Below are positions 58,130 through 64,000 of a stretch of DNA of 64,000 nucleotides, piece after piece (the first letter of the stretch is position 1; each line of letters starts with the position of its first letter). Location of the stretch: NCBI GenBank assembly GCA_002269645.1, contig NIVC01001884.1, forward strand, positions 62,001-126,000, read 5' to 3'. The notes beneath the pieces were generated by a model, which had not been told where the DNA came from, did not search any database, and saw nothing but the letters and a program-made list of their open reading frames with translations. The stretch is from Macrostomum lignano. Lineage: Eukaryota. The translations under genes and the position numbers were made by a program.

Positions 58130-59250
58130 TTAGGCGGCTTGGCCTAGGAAAAATAAAATTATGAGGACGGCTAGTTCCAAGGACGTCGCATGCGGCGGTT
58201 GAGGCGGAAAGGCGGCGGCGGTGCGGCGGGCCACTTCGGCGATGGCCTGCCGTCTGGCTTCGGCTGTAGCTGCGAGGAATTCATCGCAAATTCGTGTGGG
58301 CCATTTCCGGCTTAGTTGCCCTTTGAGGCCGGCCTTCACAAGCAGGTCCGTCAGGAGGCCGATGGTCTCCTCACTGACGGAGCCCAGGTGATCAACCTGG
58401 GTTGTGGCGTCTGCTTGCTGAGGCCTGGCTCGGATGGCAGCGCGTATAGCGTCAGCTAGTTCTGCTCGGGAGAAGAGCCTAGGAGGCGACGGAACCGGCG
58501 AGGGGCGGCGGAAACGCGGCGACAGAGGCGTTGGCGGCGTCAGGTAGTCGTCTAGATTGACGACATCGGGCGGCGACAAGACTCCCAAGTAATTGACCAG
58601 AGGCGGCGAATCCGGAGGAGGCGATGTGCGCAGAACGTCGACCCTCGGGTCTAAAAGATCCGGAGGGCGCGCTTCTGGCGGGGCCTGCGCACCTGGGGCC
58701 ATCAGCTCCTGGATCACCGGCAGCAGCTCCTCGCTGGGTTCCTCCTGCAGCGAGCTGGATACGCTGCCGATTAGGTCGAACAAGTCGCCGTCGCCGGCGA
58801 GCTGCGCGCAGGTGGTCCACAGGTCGGCTGCGCCGGTGACGATTGCGACTGAGCGGATGAGCCGTGGGTGGGTTGCGTTGGCGGTGGTTCCTGCGGGGCA
58901 GCGGCTCTTCTAGCTGCTTCTGCGGCCGGTAGCCGAGCGTCAGCCGTGATCGCCTTCGGCGGGTCCAGACGGAGCTTGATGGTGGTAGCTCTTTCTCTAG
59001 CGACAGCTAGTCGATCTCCTGTCTGAGGTGGCTGCAATTGTGCTAGTCGGCGCACCTCAATGTCGGCATCTCGTTGGGGACGCACATCCAAGCGGCTGCG
59101 TCGGCTGCGAGATGGGTCCTGGCTTGGAACAGGGATAATGCGCGTCCTGCTAGCTGGCGGTACGGGCCGCGTGCGCTTGCGCCCACTGGCCGGCGAGGGC
59201 GTCCTGGAAGGTGCACGATCTCGACGTTTTCTATTTTCCTTGCCAGTCAT
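58130..59250 (-). CDS. Orphan Pro/Arg-rich ORF (about 370 aa if one frameshift is joined), function unknown
   Basis: GC-rich island in AT-rich surroundings. ORFs 58771-59250 and 58130-58783 overlap in adjacent frames and end in a helical C-terminus. Confidence 0.45.
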
Positions 59251-59312
59251 GATGCTTAGTGTTGCTTTTCAGCGCTGGAACAGGCATGAGGCCGGCGGAA
59301 GAAGTTAATTAA

Positions 59313-60330
59313 CCGGCTCAAGTAGGACTTTGACTTTGGTTTAAGAACCAAGCGGTCAGGTTCCTTTCAAGCCCTAACTGGCCTGTCATTGACGGCCCAT
59401 TCGACTTGACTAGTGGATGGCAAATTGGCCGACAAAACATGACTAGTGGATGGCAAATCAGCCGACAGAACATGACTAGTGGATTGCAAATTGTCTGACA
59501 AAACATGACTAGTGGATGGCAAATCAGCCGACAAAACATGACTAATGGATGGCAAATTGGCCGACAAAACATGACTGTGACATAGATTTATCCTATCAGT
59601 CTCTAAATTAATCCTATCGCTATTTCTACTTTCAGGTCGCCTCAGCATTTCAACTGTAGGAGCGGATGGAGCGTCGCAAGAATCATACGGCAGTGACTCA
59701 AGCTCTACTCTCCTCTCCATATCTTCAGGTTCGTGAATGCGTTGACAGCCTTGACATCCGAGTCCTTCACCAAGCTGTTGATTAACCTCAGGAGACGTGT
59801 TGTATGACGAAGTTCCATAAATACGAGTATGAACTCTCAGTCTCGCAGAGCTAGTGCAGCATTATGTTATACTTACTTCGCTTAGACGGGATGTATTTCC
59901 TTTGTAAGCCCTTTGTAAAGCACCAGCGTTTCATCAATTGAAAGTCGCTGTCGGGCATGTAGTTATTTCTGCAGAGATGCCTCACACGATCGAGAAAGGG
60001 CTCCATCTTTGCCAATAGACCAGCACCTAAAGCCTCGGAACAGTCGTAGAAACGGAGACAAGACAGGAGCTGCTTAAATCTGTCTCTTGATAGAGAGAAA
60101 GGCTTGGAAAGAAACGGGCAGTGAATATCAGATCGGTTGACCAGTAGCTGGCTATTTCTGGCTTCTTTTCGACTCCCATCAGTGTCAGCTTTAACCATGT
60201 GCCAGTCACCAACATGCTCGACTCCTGCTAGAACTATATGGAATGTATTTGACTTTAACAGCTCCCGACGTGACGTCTACGGGAGTGAAAGCCAGACTAA
60301 GAAAAAATTGTCTATGGCCCGATGTCGGAC
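59313..60330 (-). mobile_element. piggyBac transposon remnant (PGBD4-like) ending at a TTAA site
   Basis: LSRDRFKQLLSCLRFYD...KMEPFLD and RKYIPSKRSKY...LCE. TTAA at 59309-59312 is followed by CCGG. Confidence 0.78.
59408..59575. repeat. 33-bp tandem repeat, 5 copies
   Basis: GACTAGTGGATGGCAAATTGGCCGACAAAACAT-type units at 59408, 59441, 59474, 59507 and 59540. Confidence 0.92.
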
Positions 60331-60925
60331 CAAGCTGTCTGAAACAGGGTCCCTGTTCTGTTCCTTTCTTGAACTTTTTTGTTGATTGTAGACGCTTCAG
60401 TTCGGTCCTGTTTTCAATCCTGTTGCAATCGTGTAAAGCCAGCAAAGCCAGTCTTGTAGTCGCAGAGGCTGTATTTGGCTTGGAGTGGCAGGAGCGATGG
60501 GGTTAGCCGGAAGAGAAACGAAGCGAAAAGGGCAGCGGAGACAGGAGGGCGGCGCGCACGCCAATAAATACAAGCCAGCACAAATGGGGTGGAGTTAAAG
60601 CTGCAGGGTAAGAAAAACAGCGGGTGGGGCAGGAGAGAGGATTAGCCGCAGCCACGCTGAACACATAGGGGGTAGAAAACTAGGGTGACAGATAACAAAT
60701 AGACAGCCAATGGGAGGGCACGGTGAGAAAGGAAAATCAGGGTGAGAAAATCACAGACAATAGTTGGGTAAAAATAGACTTCAATAATCAAATAATCAAA
60801 TAGACCAATATTAATCAAACAAATAGGTCCAGTGAAATGGCAATAAAATACTATTATGCTAAATAAAATATACGAGCTAGCTAACAATAAGTTACGAGTA
60901 TCGACGGGGTTGGGAGGGTTTACAG

Positions 60926-60928
<3 letters not shown>

Positions 60929-60995
<67 letters not shown>
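60929..60995. repeat. (AG)n microsatellite
   Basis: Directly visible. Confidence 0.95.
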
Positions 60996-60999
<4 letters not shown>

Positions 61000-62100
61000 T
61001 CACGTACTGTACGGCCCAATACACTGGATCACAACATAATCTTGCTCTGGGTCCGATTCTGTTTCGGTTTGGAGTCCTATTTTTGGTCCTTTCGCTTCCC
61101 TAGGTTCTTCACGTCTTCTTGTATACGAATCATGATCTGGGTTGCGTCGGTGGATCTATTCCGTCTGAAGCCACTCTTGTTCTCACTCCTCAGTATCTCC
61201 GTCCATGTTCGTAGCCGTGTTGCGAGCACCCTTGCCAGAATGCAGCTGCCCATTGCCATAAGACATAGTCTTCTGTAGTTATTTGGGTTGCTCCTATCCC
61301 CCTTTTTGTGGAGTGGGATGATCTGTCCTGTTTTGAGACTTTCACTCCACTTGTCTGCTTTGCTCTTTTGGATTCTGCCTCAGAATCTGTCTGTCCTCAG
61401 AATCTGTCCTCATGAATGTCCTCATGAATCTGTCCTCAGAATCAAGTCTGTCGCTGCTCTGTTCCTTTCTTGGACTTTTGTGTTGATTTTAGACGCTTCA
61501 TTTTGGTTCCGTGACCGATTATCGACGGGTTGGTGACAGTTTTTTTCCTCGTGCGACATATTTCCTTTGCTGATTCGTTCAGTATTTTCGATTTTTCTTC
61601 CCATTCTTCTGGCTTCTCTCGTCTTTCGCTCGTTTCCTTTATTGTTTTTTCTGTTTCTAGTGATTTTTTGCGAGTTTTTCTTTGGTTTTGATACAGAACT
61701 TACTTTGTTTTCTTATCTTCCAGTTGGTGTAAGGTAATCGGGTTTTTTCCCTGTCACGTCATTTCTTTTTTCTTCCCTTCAGGCTGATCGAGACCGGTTT
61801 ATGGTCGGATAGTGCCATTTCTTCCGTTGTCTAGATCTTCATAACCTAGCGGTGTCTATCGTTTTTCTTTACATTAGAGCCGTCGAGTTCATGCCATTTA
61901 CCTGTTCTCCTATTGAACCCCGTGCCTCTCTTCTTATGTGGTGAGAAGGTATTTGCCATCTGTAAACCTTGCGCGGTGCACCATTCGATAATTTCTTCTC
62001 CCGCTCGATTGGTTTGTGTCTCTAACCCGTATTTTCCAGTTGCATCGGTGTTAGTGTTCCTGCCTACTTAGACGTTGTGGTCGCCTATGGTCTTTTGGGC
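61000..62100 (-). pseudogene. RTE-like LINE fragment (endonuclease C-terminus and RT N-terminus)
   Basis: GDHNV*VG...GKYG...N..G...WC....L..ANTF, IIPLHKKGDRSNPNNYR, and ILARVLATRL...GFRRNRSTDA. Confidence 0.78.
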
Positions 62101-62183
62101 AGCGTGGTTTGGCTGTTGCATGAGAATTTGGCAAATCGGGTACGATTGATACTGAAGCACCGGAGGAAGGAACAGGAGACTCA

Positions 62184-63237
62184 TCAGACTCCGGGGTAGT
62201 TTGACGCCGTGGCCGTCCTCGCATTGATGTCAGATTGATGCACCATTCTGTTTCGGCTATCAGTAGATGTATTTGAACCGAACTTGGAAGTGATCTTCTC
62301 CTCGGCCTTGCTAGACTTAGTCTCGATGCGGATGTAGACCGGTTTGGAAGAGTCTTCCGCTGGCTGATGCAGTTCTGTGCACGTAGCTGATAGACGGGTA
62401 CGTGGAATTTTTATAAAAACTTGACTGGCAGGAATCGCACCGATTGAAGAAGGTGTGGTGTTTTGCCTTAAACAGAAAGAAGCAACTGAGTGTTTCACAC
62501 CGACTTCAGCAGATGAACACTTGAGAGCCATCTTAAAAACTTGAATAATGCGCTCAACGAGACCGTTGGACTGCTGCTGCCCAGGTGGCGTGAGGATTTG
62601 TTGAATTTTGTTTGATTTCAGAAATGATTGAAACTCCTCAGATCGAAAGTTTGTCCCGTTGTCGGTCACCAGAAACTTGGGCAACCCAACGTATTTGAAA
62701 GTCTTTCGACACGCACTGATAACCGAAGAAGACGTGATGGATCTGAGTGTCTGAACGTCGATCCAGCGCGAAAAAGCGTCAACCAGCACTAGGAACTTGT
62801 AGTCCGATGTCCAGGTGAACGCGCTTGAAAAACTCTTTAGCATCATTGAATTGAAGGCCACCAGAAATATTGGCGCGCAACTCGGATCATCCTGACAATT
62901 CCTGGATGTCCTTCATGAAGCAGGTGCAGGATTTCGTCAGTTGAGATGGTGGTACAAAATCCGAATGCTTCTGAATACAATTACGTTCTGTATTGTGTAC
63001 TGGGATCGATCCTTGCTGTATGGAAGCATGTGTTTGGGAGGATATTCTGGCTAGCCTTGTGTTATGAACTTCTTCAGCAGAACTATTTCAGAATCTTTTG
63101 AATGGGAAATACGTTTGAGAAGTCCTTTGGAATTTCTGAATTCTTCGAGGTTGTTTATCTCCAGTAGATTCACTGAATTTACGATAGGAGATTTTCCAGT
63201 ACTTGGGATTCTCGACAAGGTATCAGCTGCAAACATT
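62184..63237 (-). pseudogene. Mag/K02A2.6-like gypsy RNase H to integrase fragment (relative of 25379-26951)
   Basis: AADTLSRIP, LHEGHPG, VLVDAFSRW, VTDNGTNF, SNGLVER. Confidence 0.85.
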
Positions 63238-64000
63238 GGGCCGTATGAATAAAAAAAGAAATTTTTTTCTTGCAAGAAATCCAAGAATTTCTTGCGTTTA
63301 TAAGAATAAAAAACTGCGAGTTTCTTGCAAGATTTTCTCGCCAAGAAAATCTCGAGCTTTCACAAGAAAAGATTTGCTCGGCAAGAAAATCTCACGAGGA
63401 AAAGATTTTCTTGCTTTCTGATGAATAAAAGACGTGATTTTCTCGCCGAGAGAGCCGACACTTGAGTTTTATGCGAGCAACTCTTTCTCTGGCTCAAGCG
63501 AATCTTCAGCGCCCATAACACGAGACACGAGATGTTCCTTCAGATCAGAAAGACCAAGGAGTACCTGCCCCGACAGGCCACTCCAGTGGAGACATATCCA
63601 TCATATGTTGGATTCGAATCCGCGTCCATTATGCGGGCCAACCTGGATTCCCATGGAAGAAGTTTTATGGGACGATTCCCTGTCCTATTTCGATCCACCT
63701 TGCCCTTCATACGCGTCTTCATGTTGGCGATCTTCTTCGATGTTTTGCCGGTCTCGAACAGCTTTCCTGTCAGCATTTCTAACTCAGCGCACAATGCTGC
63801 AATGGCCGCCTCCTTCTTCTTCTTCACGACGGGCGTGCTACTCTTTGATAAGAGAACCGGGTGCTTAGAGAGTACGTTGACAATGTAGTCGGCTTCCTCC
63901 TCGGCTTCCTGTTGACTTTCAGACTCGGCATCCGATGCGGCAGACATGTTTCTCGAGAGAAGATTGCGCGGTTTCAATGAAATCTGGTAGCATACTTCAC
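63238..64000 (-). mobile_element. Harbinger/PIF-like element end with a Myb/SANT-like accessory ORF (63540-63977)
   Basis: VLLSKSSTPVVKKKKEAA...SKKIANMKTRMK...TGNRPIKLLPW (trihelix Myb-like). The terminus GGGCCGTATGAATAAA interrupts the gypsy pol. Confidence 0.65.

Overview
This is eukaryotic DNA, most likely from an invertebrate animal (spliceosomal GT-AG introns of only 43-91 nt occur inside the transposons). The window is almost entirely a nest of transposable elements, and I recognise no host gene. From left to right it holds: a Ty3/gypsy element interrupted by an I-group LINE; a second, nearly intact gypsy element; a Mutator-like host element with Ulp1 and PHD exons and a Penelope insert; Mag-type gypsy, hAT and Polinton remnants; a complete 9.1-kb CMC/EnSpm element; and further MULE, gypsy, SINE, LINE, mariner, TRIM-like, piggyBac, RTE and Harbinger fragments. 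The standout is the gypsy element at 7725-18815 (minus strand). A herpesvirus gB/chuvirus-like membrane glycoprotein (internal signal peptide, Thr-rich mucin between two furin sites, TM anchor) lies BETWEEN gag and the aspartic protease and is in frame with the protease. The three frameshifts that break gag-env-pro-pol are all explained by single-base homopolymer length changes, so the element may encode one Gag-Env-PR-RT-RH-IN polyprotein of about 2,700 aa. The same element carries a candidate antisense, apparently spliced 67-aa ORF with FAST-protein-like architecture ending in ETEV. All domain calls come from motif recognition by eye; no database searches were run.
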